Below are positions 7,625 to 17,800 of a DNA stretch of 20,000 nt, piece by piece. Position numbers and translations under genes: made by a program. Each line of letters begins with the position of its first letter. Position 1 is the first letter of the stretch. The stretch is from assembly GCA_018649885.1 (NCBI GenBank), contig JABIHA010000028.1, positions 50,807 through 70,806 on the forward strand, read 5' to 3'. The stretch comes from Bacteriovoracaceae bacterium (GTDB lineage Bacteria > Bdellovibrionota > Bacteriovoracia > Bacteriovoracales > Bacteriovoracaceae). Below the pieces are notes generated by a model. The model had not been told where the DNA came from and searched no databases. It saw nothing but the letters and a program-made list of their open reading frames with translations.

Positions 7625-8332
7625 TTACTTTTTGGATTTGCAAAATCCAAGTGAGTCGATTTCTCCGCATACACGGTTTATCATTTCACCCAGAGCTAGC
7701 TTTTGGACAAACTCATCTTTTTCTTCACAGCCTAAAACATCAGGAAAGACTTCTCTCCATCTTTGTTTTCCTTCTGCCCCGAAAAAAATCTCTTTATTGT
7801 CCTCTACGTGTTGATTATAAGTAAGTTTAGTAAAACCATTTGGACACCACCCAAGGCCATAGATTGATACAAAATCTTTGTTTCTAATTGGATCGTGATA
7901 TATGGGCCTACCGGTGTCAATATCATCTGGCAATGCTATCCAATTGCAGGTCATATTTTCAATATGGCATTTTTCAAGTTGAACCTCTTTGATCATTGAA
8001 GGAGTCAGTACAAATGATTGGTCTTTAGAGCTCTTGTAAATGGTAGGATGTCTTGAAGGGATACTACCAAAGTCAATTACAGAAATATCAATTTGGGATT
8101 TAATAGCTACGCTACCATTGTATAGTTCATAATATAAATTTTTTGAGTTTTGTTCATAGCATAGAACGACCTTTACTTCCTCGCTATTTCGACACGGCCT
8201 AGAGCGTTTTAGTACCTTTTTTATTTTTGTGTAGTACCCTTGAGATGGTGTTTGCCCAAAAACGGTAGCTGAAGAAATAAGTAGCACTTGTACCACCAGT
8301 ACCACCAACACCACTGTATTATATTTTTTCAT
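7625..8332 (-). CDS. Secreted hypothetical protein
   Basis: Likely start ATG 8332 after GGGGGAAA (track start 8344); signal peptide MKKYNTVVLVVLVVQVLLISSATVFG; 8 Cys; no recognisable domain. Confidence 0.75.
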   Translation of the reverse strand: MKKYNTVVLVVLVVQVLLISSATVFGQTPSQGYYTKIKKVLKRSRPCRNSEEVKVVLCYEQNSKNLYYELYNGSVAIKSQIDISVIDFGSIPSRHPTIYKSSKDQSFVLTPSMIKEVQLEKCHIENMTCNWIALPDDIDTGRPIYHDPIRNKDFVSIYGLGWCPNGFTKLTYNQHVEDNKEIFFGAEGKQRWREVFPDVLGCEEKDEFVQKLALGEMINRVCGEIDSLGFCKSKK

Positions 8333-8548
8333 TTTCCCCCACATATGATTACTTTAGTTTTTAATATTATCATAAGAAGAGATCCCAAAAGTTTTTAGAG
8401 TAAAAATGTAAAGGCCGCACAGAATTTAAACATCCTAAGTGAAATCAAATACATGGTGAGTTTAAAAAAGAAATCACTAACGATTTCTCCTCTCTCGTGG
8501 AACCTAAACAGCGTTATCATTGTAAGAAATTAAGCAAAAGGCGAAAGC

Positions 8549-9208
8549 ATGGTTCGAAAAGCTCTTGAGAGGTCAAATATTCATTATTACCACCTGCTTG
8601 GCAGGTCAAATGATCCAGAGTTCTTTGATCTTCCCCAAAGCGAAGTGTGGAATATTTTTACGAGGGAGCTGGGATGTTTACAACAGTTATTTCAACTAAA
8701 GATAGCGGCATTTGTACTTTTGAATAATCATTTTCATTTGATTGCACTAACTCCAAAAGAAAGTGTCGATAGGGTCATGTATTTTTTGATGAAAAATGTT
8801 GCCACCACCATTAAAAAAAGAAGTGGAAGAATTAATAAGGTTTTTGGGGGGAGGTACAAGGGTTCGATTATAAAGTCCGACCTATATTTATTAAACATCT
8901 ACAAATATATTCACCTCGAACCAGTCAATGCGAAACTGGCAACGATGGCAGAGCTCTATCGTTTCAGTACTCTTTTTTACCGGGGTGATAAAAAACACCA
9001 CCTTCCATTTTGCAGCTCAAGTCTACCTCCTATGAAAATGATAGAAAATCTTGAAGGTCTTAATGAACTTGATTGGATCAACATGGCATTCAGCGAGGAG
9101 GAATCAAATAGTATAAAAGTGGGTCTTAAAAAATCTACCTTTGCTTTTGGAAAGAGTCGGAATACGGGAAAACCATTGATCCCTATGATGAAGAAAATTG
9201 AAAAATGA
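8549..9208 (+). CDS. rayT: REP-associated tyrosine transposase (RAYT; Y1 HUH, IS200-like fold)
   Basis: YYHL.GRSN, AFVLLNNHFHLI (HUH at 8729-8737), VFGGRYK, YIHLEPV.A with candidate catalytic Tyr at 8906, E.Y.FST. Confidence 0.85.
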   Translation: MVRKALERSNIHYYHLLGRSNDPEFFDLPQSEVWNIFTRELGCLQQLFQLKIAAFVLLNNHFHLIALTPKESVDRVMYFLMKNVATTIKKRSGRINKVFGGRYKGSIIKSDLYLLNIYKYIHLEPVNAKLATMAELYRFSTLFYRGDKKHHLPFCSSSLPPMKMIENLEGLNELDWINMAFSEEESNSIKVGLKKSTFAFGKSRNTGKPLIPMMKKIEK

Positions 9209-9330
9209 ATCCTACATATCACAATATCTTATTTCGCGTCGTATACGCAAAAGTGTAGTGGAGCCCTATATAAATTTACAATTTAAATCTAACTGATAGC
9301 ATCTCCATAGTTAATTATCTTGGAGGCCAA

Positions 9331-9888
9331 ATGACTCAGTACCATAGCAAAATGATCATGTCCTTATTAGTTTCATTCTTATTTTGTAATCAAAATTTTG
9401 CTAGTGAAATTCAACTAAAACCAAGTGGCACAAGTCACTGCGTAAACTTTTCAGGCGCATGGGTAGGAGGTTGTGGAAAAAAGGCCCCCATTCTAGTTCC
9501 GAATAAATGGATTATAATTCAAAATTCATGTGACTCATTTTCAAGTGTCTTCCTCTACATTAATACAAAAACGGGGTTGATTAATGGTACATCGGCCAGT
9601 GACTATTTCATTGGAGAGGGGATTACAGGGAACTATACAGTTTACCACAAGGGTTTACCTAGTACTATTGTGAAGGATCAAGTTCGCTGGAATAAAGATA
9701 AAAAGATTTTAACTGTTAATGAGTCTACTTCGTATAGGGTTGGATCTAAAATTGTTAAAGCAAAATTTAGAACCGAACTTCGCCTGATTGGTAAGCAGTT
9801 GATTGCTCCTACCTGGTTTAACAATGATAAATTGCCAATAGACTGTCGTTTTACGAGAGTACCCATTAATTTAGAAGTTATGAAATAG
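9331..9888 (+). CDS. Secreted beta-rich hypothetical protein
   Basis: SD GGAGG; signal peptide ending NFA|SE; CVNFSGAWVGGC N-terminal motif; alternating beta-strand pattern. Confidence 0.8.
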   Translation: MTQYHSKMIMSLLVSFLFCNQNFASEIQLKPSGTSHCVNFSGAWVGGCGKKAPILVPNKWIIIQNSCDSFSSVFLYINTKTGLINGTSASDYFIGEGITGNYTVYHKGLPSTIVKDQVRWNKDKKILTVNESTSYRVGSKIVKAKFRTELRLIGKQLIAPTWFNNDKLPIDCRFTRVPINLEVMK

Positions 9889-9895
9889 ACCACTA

Positions 9896-11347
9896 TTAAG
9901 AAATCTTTTTCTTAGCAGTTCCCAATAAGAGGTATCTGGTCCTGGGTCCTTTTCCCTCTTTTAAAATCCACCCTCTTTCAATCCAATTGTTTAGATGCCT
10001 ATTGGCCATAACTTTGGAGATTTCGTAATAGCTTGCGAGATCTCCTACTGTAAATGAATCATATTCATTTAAAAATGATGGCCTTGATTTTGAATCCCAT
10101 ACAACAGAAATTTTGGATAGTTGCTGCTCCTCCAGGCGATATAATTTTCCCGCCTTTTCTATTTTAAATCCGTGTCTTTTTTTTATTCGCAGAAATAATT
10201 TATCTATGCGATCCATTAGTTGAAAATATGAGAAGAATTCATCAGGCCAAAGTAATGTACAAAGAAGCTGTTTTGTTATTCCTAAATAATCAGATCTTCT
10301 AAGTATTGAGATGGCCTTGAGCTCTAATGGGATGCCAAGATACCTCTTTCCATTTAGGATATATTCATCAGCATGTGTATCTATAAAGTGTGTTTCTTCT
10401 AAAAGTCGAGGAGTCTCAAAAACAGGACTATAATTATGGATCCCAGGGTTTTGGTAGGGGTACATTTTTAAGATCTTTTTGTAAACTTTCGGTAACTCCA
10501 TCGCTTGTTGAAAAATTTCTAAATTGAGGATAATACTTTCAACTTTTCGGCGATTGTTTTCTAAAAGGTCAATACGACACTTCATAAAAAGGGCCAAGTA
10601 ATCACATGCTTTTTCCCCGTCTCCTAGATGAGCGTGGATGGGACCCAGGTAGCCATAGAATTGTCCAAAATCATTTTTTCTAGGACCATCTAGTTTTTCA
10701 ATAGACTTGTATATTTCAAATGATTTTTCTATATTTTTAAGAGCGTTTTGATAATCACCTTTGTAGAAGTCTATGGTGCCTTGTAAATTTGATTCAAAAT
10801 GTGCAAACATCGGAAGTTCAAATGGTTTTATTTTGTCAAAGAGGTTTTGCGCTTTCTCAAAATCACCGGCCAAGGTATAGCAATAGATGAGATTAAAATA
10901 TTTTCTCCAATCTTCTAAAACATGAGAATTTTCTTTTCCCTCTACTGATGCTTCATAACAATCAATGGCCTGAGCTAAATGATAGTTTGTTAAAAAAATT
11001 CCACCGAGAAATCTGTGTTCTTTATGAGTATTAACCTTGATCCTTTTTGCAAATTGAAGAGAAAAAGTACTGGCACCCTGGAAGTTAAGTATTACCATCA
11101 TGTAAAAAAATCTCTTACCTTCAAGTGTTTTGGTGTCAATTATTGCTTTGGTAGGAAATTCGTCCAGTGCAATAATTTTATAACACTTTCCAAGATTATC
11201 TAATTCGAAATACCAGTGAAAAACTAGATCACACAAATGCTTACTGAGTCCTCTCTTTTTTATGAGAAGATCAATCTCTTTAGAGGCATCAGCTTTTAGC
11301 CCTTTGCTCACAAGTTGGTGAATCTCTTTAATCTCATCCTGTCCCAT
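9896..11347 (-). CDS. TPR-repeat protein with C-terminal winged-helix domains, putative transcriptional regulator
   Basis: TPR-like helices (LGGIFL..Y.LAQAIDCYE; AGDFEKAQNLF; KGDYQNALKNIEKS); OmpR-like wHTH (ITKQLLCTLLWPDE..RIDKLFLRIKK); terminal wHTH (FTVGDLASYYEISKVMANRHLNNWIERGWILKEGKGPRTRY). Confidence 0.8.
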   Translation of the reverse strand: MGQDEIKEIHQLVSKGLKADASKEIDLLIKKRGLSKHLCDLVFHWYFELDNLGKCYKIIALDEFPTKAIIDTKTLEGKRFFYMMVILNFQGASTFSLQFAKRIKVNTHKEHRFLGGIFLTNYHLAQAIDCYEASVEGKENSHVLEDWRKYFNLIYCYTLAGDFEKAQNLFDKIKPFELPMFAHFESNLQGTIDFYKGDYQNALKNIEKSFEIYKSIEKLDGPRKNDFGQFYGYLGPIHAHLGDGEKACDYLALFMKCRIDLLENNRRKVESIILNLEIFQQAMELPKVYKKILKMYPYQNPGIHNYSPVFETPRLLEETHFIDTHADEYILNGKRYLGIPLELKAISILRRSDYLGITKQLLCTLLWPDEFFSYFQLMDRIDKLFLRIKKRHGFKIEKAGKLYRLEEQQLSKISVVWDSKSRPSFLNEYDSFTVGDLASYYEISKVMANRHLNNWIERGWILKEGKGPRTRYLLLGTAKKKIS

Positions 11348-11354
11348 ATTTAAC

Positions 11355-11381
11355 TTATCGCCGATTTACTCCATTGCTTGA
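11355..11381 (-). promoter_or_regulatory. Putative sigma28/FliA promoter of the TPR-wHTH gene
   Basis: Minus strand TCAAG-N14-GGCGATAA versus consensus T(A/C)AAG-N14-GCCGATAA; ends 7 nt before the ATG. Confidence 0.55.
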
Positions 11382-11434
11382 CTCCTTTTGTATAGAAAGA
11401 GTCGTTTATTTTAAGCAAACTAAAGAAATTAAAT

Positions 11435-12259
11435 TTATTCATCATCTTTTGATGCTGGAGGTGGCGTTTTTGAGGGTTTTGCAGATGATGATTTCGACTG
11501 TTCCATTGAGCCATTGACGGATTCGTCTTTTAAAAGGCGATAAAAAGTACAGTGTGTATTACCAACAATTGGGTCTGCAACTAAGTCTTCTCCTTGATAT
11601 TGGAAAATCGGGACAGAATGACCTTGGTCTTCCCTGCCATCTTCACTTATAGAAGCAGCCTTAACAACTTTAAAATCAAGCTCAACTCCTAATTGCTTTG
11701 CTATATCTATTGCCATCCTGGCATAGACGACACAGTTGCCTCGAGACTTAGCATAAATTTGCCTTGTCATTCCATGTGCTAGCATTCGAGTTTCAACTTT
11801 ATTTGAATATTTGAGGAAATTATTTACAATGCATCTTGATAAGCAAACCTTTTGGCAAGGTCTTAAGCTATTTTTACCCGTGTAAACTTTTGCGTGTGTC
11901 ATTAAGCTTGCTCTAACTTCAGCACCATCTCCGCTGGAGCCTTCCGCTAATGCTTGGATTTCTTTTTTTGTCCATTGAATGGGTATGCCTTTACTCCTTA
12001 TCCAATTCATAACAGGGGTATCTTCATTTTCTGAAAAATAGAGATAAGCAAGGTCATCATTTCTTCCTATACTTTCTACTTCGCAAGCTTTTTCTCCCCA
12101 GTTAGGGTCAGCTACTGTAACTCCATCTTTAATACCAAAGCACTTCTCTAGTACGTTTGCAATCCCTGCTTCTGAATCCCAACTCTCTGGTTTTTTTGAG
12201 TAAGAACTGGCGGAAATGGAAATCATGATGCCAATGAATGGCCAGTATAATTTTCTCAC
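11435..12259 (-). CDS. Secreted transglutaminase-like (Cys-His-Asp) protein
   Basis: Signal peptide; RGNCVVYARMA (Cys 11732-11734), GHSV (His 11618-11620), ADP (Asp 11573-11575); Ser/Pro/Lys low-complexity tail. Confidence 0.8.
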   Translation of the reverse strand: MRKLYWPFIGIMISISASSYSKKPESWDSEAGIANVLEKCFGIKDGVTVADPNWGEKACEVESIGRNDDLAYLYFSENEDTPVMNWIRSKGIPIQWTKKEIQALAEGSSGDGAEVRASLMTHAKVYTGKNSLRPCQKVCLSRCIVNNFLKYSNKVETRMLAHGMTRQIYAKSRGNCVVYARMAIDIAKQLGVELDFKVVKAASISEDGREDQGHSVPIFQYQGEDLVADPIVGNTHCTFYRLLKDESVNGSMEQSKSSSAKPSKTPPPASKDDE

Positions 12260-12400
12260 CTCATAAACCTATAAAAGTAATTGTTTAAATTGAAAATTTT
12301 TTGTCCTTTTTACTAAGTAATATACAATAAATATCGGGAACTTGTTTGTTTGGCCTAAGTAATTATATGAATTGATCAATAAAATTGATTTGGGGTGATA

Positions 12401-12634
12401 CTATTTATATATTTTAAATTTCTTTTTTTTAAGAAATTTGTGTTCGCCAAGAGATTGTTCAGCGATTTTAGTGATATTATCTCCTTCAAAACACTCAATA
12501 ATATGAGTTTTCAGAATATCTCCATAGGTGGGGATGTATTTGCGTTTGGTTGCATCATCAATACAGGCTCCGTTTGTAAGCGCCGTATTTTGATTAATTA
12601 AAAAAGCTAAAGTAAGTAATGTAATTCTGATCAT
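12401..12634 (-). CDS. Small putatively secreted protein or truncated gene remnant
   Basis: 77 aa from ATG 12634 (purine-rich upstream); hydrophobic N-terminus MIRITLLTLAFLI; 2 Cys; ends in an A-rich poly-Lys stretch. Confidence 0.4.
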   Translation of the reverse strand: MIRITLLTLAFLINQNTALTNGACIDDATKRKYIPTYGDILKTHIIECFEGDNITKIAEQSLGEHKFLKKKKFKIYK

Positions 12635-12800
12635 GCTTTCTTTCCAGATATACAGGGTACGCTCCATATCATTAAAAGTTGCGTTAAAATTAAGGTATTT
12701 TTAAAAGATCCTTTTTTAATTAAAAATTAAGTTCTAGCGCTAGTAGCAATAATGTATGTTTCGCTTAAAACCGGTATTAACTTTTTAAAAGAAGACTTTT

Positions 12801-13766
12801 ATGAACAAAATTATTCTCTTCATTTCTTGTACTCTTATTTTTAATGTCTATTCCAGTGAAAGTAAGAAAAGTCCTATTCTTCTTTTACCAGGGGCAACCA
12901 CTAATCATCTTTTTTATGAATTAGGTGGGGCCAATAGCTTGTCATCACAAATCGAGAAAACTGGTCATTCATTTTATGTTTTAGATACAAATGAAATCAA
13001 TACTCAGAAAGAATATATAGATTCAGTTATTGAGAGAACTAGTGAGTTAACTATAAAATACCAAAAAAGACCCATCCTCGCTGGGTACTCTATGGGAGGG
13101 ATGTTCGCAAATAAAATCTTATCTTTAAGTCCAAATTTATATGAGGGATTTATTCTTCTTGATTCCGTTGGTGTTAGCCAGGATCGTGAGCTCACGGATT
13201 ATTACACAACTAATTGCAACCAGTACGTGGTAAAAACGAAGTCATCTATTTGGGATCCAATTGGAGAGAATGCAAGACAGGGCGCCTTCAAGGTCTTGGA
13301 AAAACCTGATGAAAAATCACTTTATAACAGTGCTTTAACTAACTTAGAGTTTTTTTATCTCACATATTCATCTCACTTGCCTACAGATCCGGGAAAATGG
13401 CTATTTATGCTTCCAAATAAAAAGGGTACATTCATGCACATGGGAAAAACTAGGGCGATTGAAATGATTTTTTCCTTAAAAAGAAGAGAGTCTACAAATT
13501 TATTTAAGGATGTGTATTGCACTATTGGATCTAAGTCGAACAAATTTGTGCTAAATGCAGATAAATTTAATGGCCCAATTCTAGGAATTGGAGCAGAGTA
13601 CGGTTTGGGACCATTCATGGATGAGACGCTCAATATGTACAGCAATTCATCGTCTATGGAATTTCTTTTAATAAAGGGAGCAGGGCATATGGATATTATA
13701 GCTGCCGAGAACCAAGATGTAACCGTAATGAAGCATATTGTTATTTGGTTAAATAGGTATTTTTAG
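12801..13766 (+). CDS. Secreted alpha/beta-fold hydrolase (lipase/esterase-like)
   Basis: Signal peptide; PILLLPG oxyanion segment; nucleophile elbow GYSMGG; C-terminal GAGHMD. Confidence 0.88.
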   Translation: MNKIILFISCTLIFNVYSSESKKSPILLLPGATTNHLFYELGGANSLSSQIEKTGHSFYVLDTNEINTQKEYIDSVIERTSELTIKYQKRPILAGYSMGGMFANKILSLSPNLYEGFILLDSVGVSQDRELTDYYTTNCNQYVVKTKSSIWDPIGENARQGAFKVLEKPDEKSLYNSALTNLEFFYLTYSSHLPTDPGKWLFMLPNKKGTFMHMGKTRAIEMIFSLKRRESTNLFKDVYCTIGSKSNKFVLNADKFNGPILGIGAEYGLGPFMDETLNMYSNSSSMEFLLIKGAGHMDIIAAENQDVTVMKHIVIWLNRYF

Positions 13767-13775
13767 GGAGTGCCA

Positions 13776-14840
13776 ATGCTTAAGTTTGTATTGTTAATGA
13801 CAATATCAATAATAAATTGCTCTAGTGCCAGTGCCCTTGTTAATGATACTCGTAATCACTATCCCAGTAGCTACAGCGTTCCTCTGGGGAAAATGGCGAT
13901 GGATTGGGATTACAGACTTTATTGGCTAGAAGATCAAAAAGGCCAAAAATGGGGTCTGATGGTTAATACTCTAAGAACCGCCTCTCATATTTTAATTCCA
14001 AGCTTTCCATTTTGGCTCCCTTACTTTAACGATAATGATCAATTACAAGTTTTACTATTTAATGTGACTACAGGCGAGCACTGGTATGATGAGTGGAATG
14101 GAAAAGTGGATTCATCTCTACTTTATCGTGACTCACGCTCAAGGATATCTAGGGCGGGATTGAATAATAGCGTTAATATAAATGGATCAAAGTTTTCCAT
14201 CAAAATAGACGCTGTAGGAACGAAGCCAAAAGCATTCTTTGAAGATTACCCCCATGGTGTAAAAGGAGTCATTAATAATGGGATGGCAGGAAAAGCTCCC
14301 TATGTAAGTCAAACAGGTGTGGTCGCTCATGGAGAAGTTTGTCTTAAGAAAGGATGTTTCAAAGTAAGTGGGCGACAATGGTTAGATCGTCAGTGGATGT
14401 TAAATGATATTCTTAAAAATCTTTCACTAAAACCAGCGTGGCAATGGTTTGCTGTTCTTCTAGAAGGGGATAGGGAGCTGATGCTATATACTATGTGGGA
14501 CTCCGGTAGTGGAAGGCACATAAAAACATTTGGGGCCTTAATGGATGGCGATAAACTGCGGCCACTTAACCCCAAACAAATCACTATTACGCCTACCAAG
14601 ACTAAGTCTGAAATGGGAATGAGATATGCTACAAGCTGGAATCTTTCTCTGGTAATGCCAAATTCTAGTAAATTCGATTTTACCCTTAAATATCTTGTTA
14701 AATCACCGTGGTATCATTCAAAGAGCTCATTTATTAAGCAAAGCTATTTAGAAGGTCCCTGTGGAAACTCATCTTCAAAGGCCGTGTTAAAAGCCTGGTG
14801 TGAGCAAGTCGATTTCAATTGGTTTAAACCAGGTATTTGA
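13776..14840 (+). CDS. Secreted AttH/CrtC-like double-barrel (lipocalin-like) protein
   Basis: ATG 13776 after AGGGAG (track start 13770); signal peptide; VSGRQWLDRQW, WQWFAVLL..DRELMLY, YATSW.L, YLEGP motifs of the AttH/CrtC/kievitone-hydratase-like family. Confidence 0.8.
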   Translation: MLKFVLLMTISIINCSSASALVNDTRNHYPSSYSVPLGKMAMDWDYRLYWLEDQKGQKWGLMVNTLRTASHILIPSFPFWLPYFNDNDQLQVLLFNVTTGEHWYDEWNGKVDSSLLYRDSRSRISRAGLNNSVNINGSKFSIKIDAVGTKPKAFFEDYPHGVKGVINNGMAGKAPYVSQTGVVAHGEVCLKKGCFKVSGRQWLDRQWMLNDILKNLSLKPAWQWFAVLLEGDRELMLYTMWDSGSGRHIKTFGALMDGDKLRPLNPKQITITPTKTKSEMGMRYATSWNLSLVMPNSSKFDFTLKYLVKSPWYHSKSSFIKQSYLEGPCGNSSSKAVLKAWCEQVDFNWFKPGI

Positions 14841-14858
14841 AGTTCTCATGGACATTGA

Positions 14859-17800
14859 TCATGGTGGTGGAACAGCGAATTTAAACAGCGTTTCCCCCTC
14901 TCGTATAGATATTATAAATACCTCTTTGATTCTTAAAAAATCTCCTTCTACAATGTAGCTTGCAGTTATCAGATCACTCAGTCCATCTCCATTGAAGTCG
15001 GCCATAATTCTTGAACTCAGTCCAAAGTAGTCTGCTTCTAAATCATTGCCTGCTCTAGTAATCCCTTTGCTATAGACAACTTCTCCACTTTCCCCACTGA
15101 TGAGCGCAATTTTTTCAAGTAGAGGAAATCCTACAATATGCTGACTAAATCCATCTCGGGCGTTGTCATAGATGATCTTATTCGTAGTACCTACATAATG
15201 AGCGGGTTCGATTTCAATATTTTGATCACTTTGTAAAAGCTCATCCAATTGAAAGTCATTTGCAATATATTCATTGTCATTATTTACTTTGGATGCCGTA
15301 ATTAAAAGTTCTTCAACATCACTCATTTCACTGAGGTCAGCCTCTTGTAGAGGAATTAATTGTGTTAGGTTTCTAAGTAAGCTTACAGTTGTCCCAGTTC
15401 CACTTAAATCGATTGTAACGAGAGTGGCACCGCTACCATCATTGTAATCAATTTGAAGAGTTTGCGCATATCCACCAAGTCCAGGAGGGGCAAACTCAAC
15501 AACCATGGTACAAGAGCCAGCTGCCGCAAGTGATGTGGAACAATTTCCTCCAGTTCCTGGATAGATGCCTCCCTTAAAGCGAAACTCTGAGCTAATACCA
15601 CTGGACACAATTGAAGTTGCCGTACTGGAGCCTCCATTTTGTAAGGTAAGGGTGTATTCTGATACTGTTAGTTGCACTACGCCACCATAATTATATATAC
15701 CTCCATCGGTGAAGGTTAGTGTTGCCTGAGCTATGCCGCTTCCATTGAGTGTAACAGATTCAGTGAAACCAGAATTTCCATCATTGTAGTTTAGAGTAAG
15801 TGTTTCACTAAAAGCTGCAATTGAAGTTGGAGCAAACTCCACGACGATAGTACACGATCCACTGGCCAAACTTGTGTTACAACTTCCTCCTGTTCCTGGA
15901 TAGGTTCCCCCTTTATATTGAAATGGGGCAGGTACAGGGTCTGCGGTGATGGCGCTAACAGTTCCTTCTCCTGAGTAATTGAGTGTCAAAGTAGTTTCTG
16001 CGAGCCCATTTTGAGTAACATTGCCATAGTTATAAGATCCCACAGTGAAAGTAATATGGGCGGAGGGAATTCCAGTTCCTTCAATCTGTCTTGCGACTAC
16101 TTGTGGATCAGTGCCATCGTTGTAATTTAAAGTGATGGTATCGCTGGAGTAAATGGAAGTGGTTGGAGTAAACCGAACTACAATTGTACAGCTCGCAGCC
16201 GATATTGTGCCTCCACAGTTTCCACCAGTTCCTGGGTAGCTTCCACCTTTGAATGTGAAAGGAGCACCCAGAGCTACTGGAGTTACACTGAGAGCGCTGA
16301 ATCCAGTTTTTGATACTGTAAATACTTTATCAGTAGAAGTATTTATGGGTTTGGATCCATAATCCCAAGGGTCAGTTTCTGAAATTGTAAGAACAGCTCG
16401 GTCAAGTCCAGTTCCAGTTAGAGTTCTAGGAATAGTTTGTGGACCACCGCTGGTGTAATTGACGGTGACGGTATCATTTTTTACGCCAGAGGTTAAAGGA
16501 GTAAAGCGAACTTTAAATGTACAACTTACTTGGCCTGCACTTAAACTCACACCGCAAGTTCCTCCTCCCGGAAAGCTTCCTCCAGGAAAGGAATACTGAG
16601 TTCCAGTAGTAAATGTTGCACCTAGACCTGTTGCTACCGTTCCACCACCGCCGTGGGTAATGGTGAAAGTGGTGTCGGCACTGGTACTAGTATATTTACT
16701 TCCAAAACTTACGGGATTACTTCCTGACAAGAGCAGGTTACTTGTCAGGTTACCGGTTCCTGTAATATTTTTTGTCGCTGTCTGAGCGGCGGCGCCATCG
16801 TTATAGGGAACTTCAATGTCATCGTTGACCAGTCCATTGGCCGTTGGAGCGAATTGAACTTTTAGACTACAAGTGCCTGCTGCACCAAGTGAGCTTCCGC
16901 AATTCCCTCCCGTTCCAGGATAGCTTCCTCCTAAAAATGTAAATGGGCTGGCAAGTCCGGTACCACTCATTCCCGTAGCCGTTTGGCCTCCGTTATTTGT
17001 AACGGTATAAGTATTTGTTGAAGTTGATAGAACATCAACTGATCCGAAGTTAGCGCCCGTTATATCTAGAGATGCTGCAGTTACTACAGTTGCAGTAAGG
17101 TTGAAGGTTAGTACTTGTGCTGAAAATTGGTCAGTGTAATTTATGGTTACTAATTGGTTTTGTCCCCCAAAAATGGCAGAGGAAAAAGTAAAGTATAGGT
17201 AGCAGTCAGCACCGCTAAAAGTTCCAATTGGGCAAGAGCTTCCTCCTGTTCCTGGATAGCTACCACCAACATAGTCGAAATCAGTTCCAGCAAGAACAGC
17301 TCCACTGACTCCTGTCACAGTTACACCACCACTTAATCGAAGTCGTGTGTTAAAATTTGAAGTCGTTCCCGAGACTACGCTTCCGAGGGCAGTGCTATCT
17401 AGTTTTACAATGAGTCCATCTGTTGCCCCAGCGGCAGAGCGAGAAATTGAATTTGTGGTAATAGTATCACTGTACTGTAAGTTATATGTTCTGGTATGGT
17501 TAGTGCTTCTTGTAGAAGGTAAGTATTGAACCACAAAAGTACATGTGCCTGCGGCTAATGTGCTACCGCAAGTTCCACCTGTTCCTGGAAAACCGCCACC
17601 ACCGTTAAACCTAAAGGCACCACCCATATTTGTCACTGTTACACTTGTTGCCGGTATTACGCCAGAAGCATAAGTTACAGTATATGTTTTAGTCATAGTG
17701 CTTGGGGATTTTAAATTATATCTTGGGAAATTGTATGTTCCCGAGTCGCTCACGGTTAGAGTCGGTTTTAATCTCGTTTCTCCTTGAACATTTCTTGAAA

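Noticed and set aside
8290..8307. 9-bp tandem repeat GTACCACCA x2
   Set aside because: In-frame, encodes VVL repeats of the signal peptide; too short to imply a switch
8549..9208. Active IS200/IS605 insertion sequence
   Set aside because: Length and motifs fit RAYT; no tnpB and no clear subterminal hairpins
4836..17529. Short ORFs nested in or antisense to long genes (e.g. 4836, 5346, 6438, 6467, 7182, 7244, 7632, 8977, 9678, 11015, 12395, 13004, 13373, 14187, 14390, 15404, 17347)
   Set aside because: They overlap better-supported genes and show no motifs
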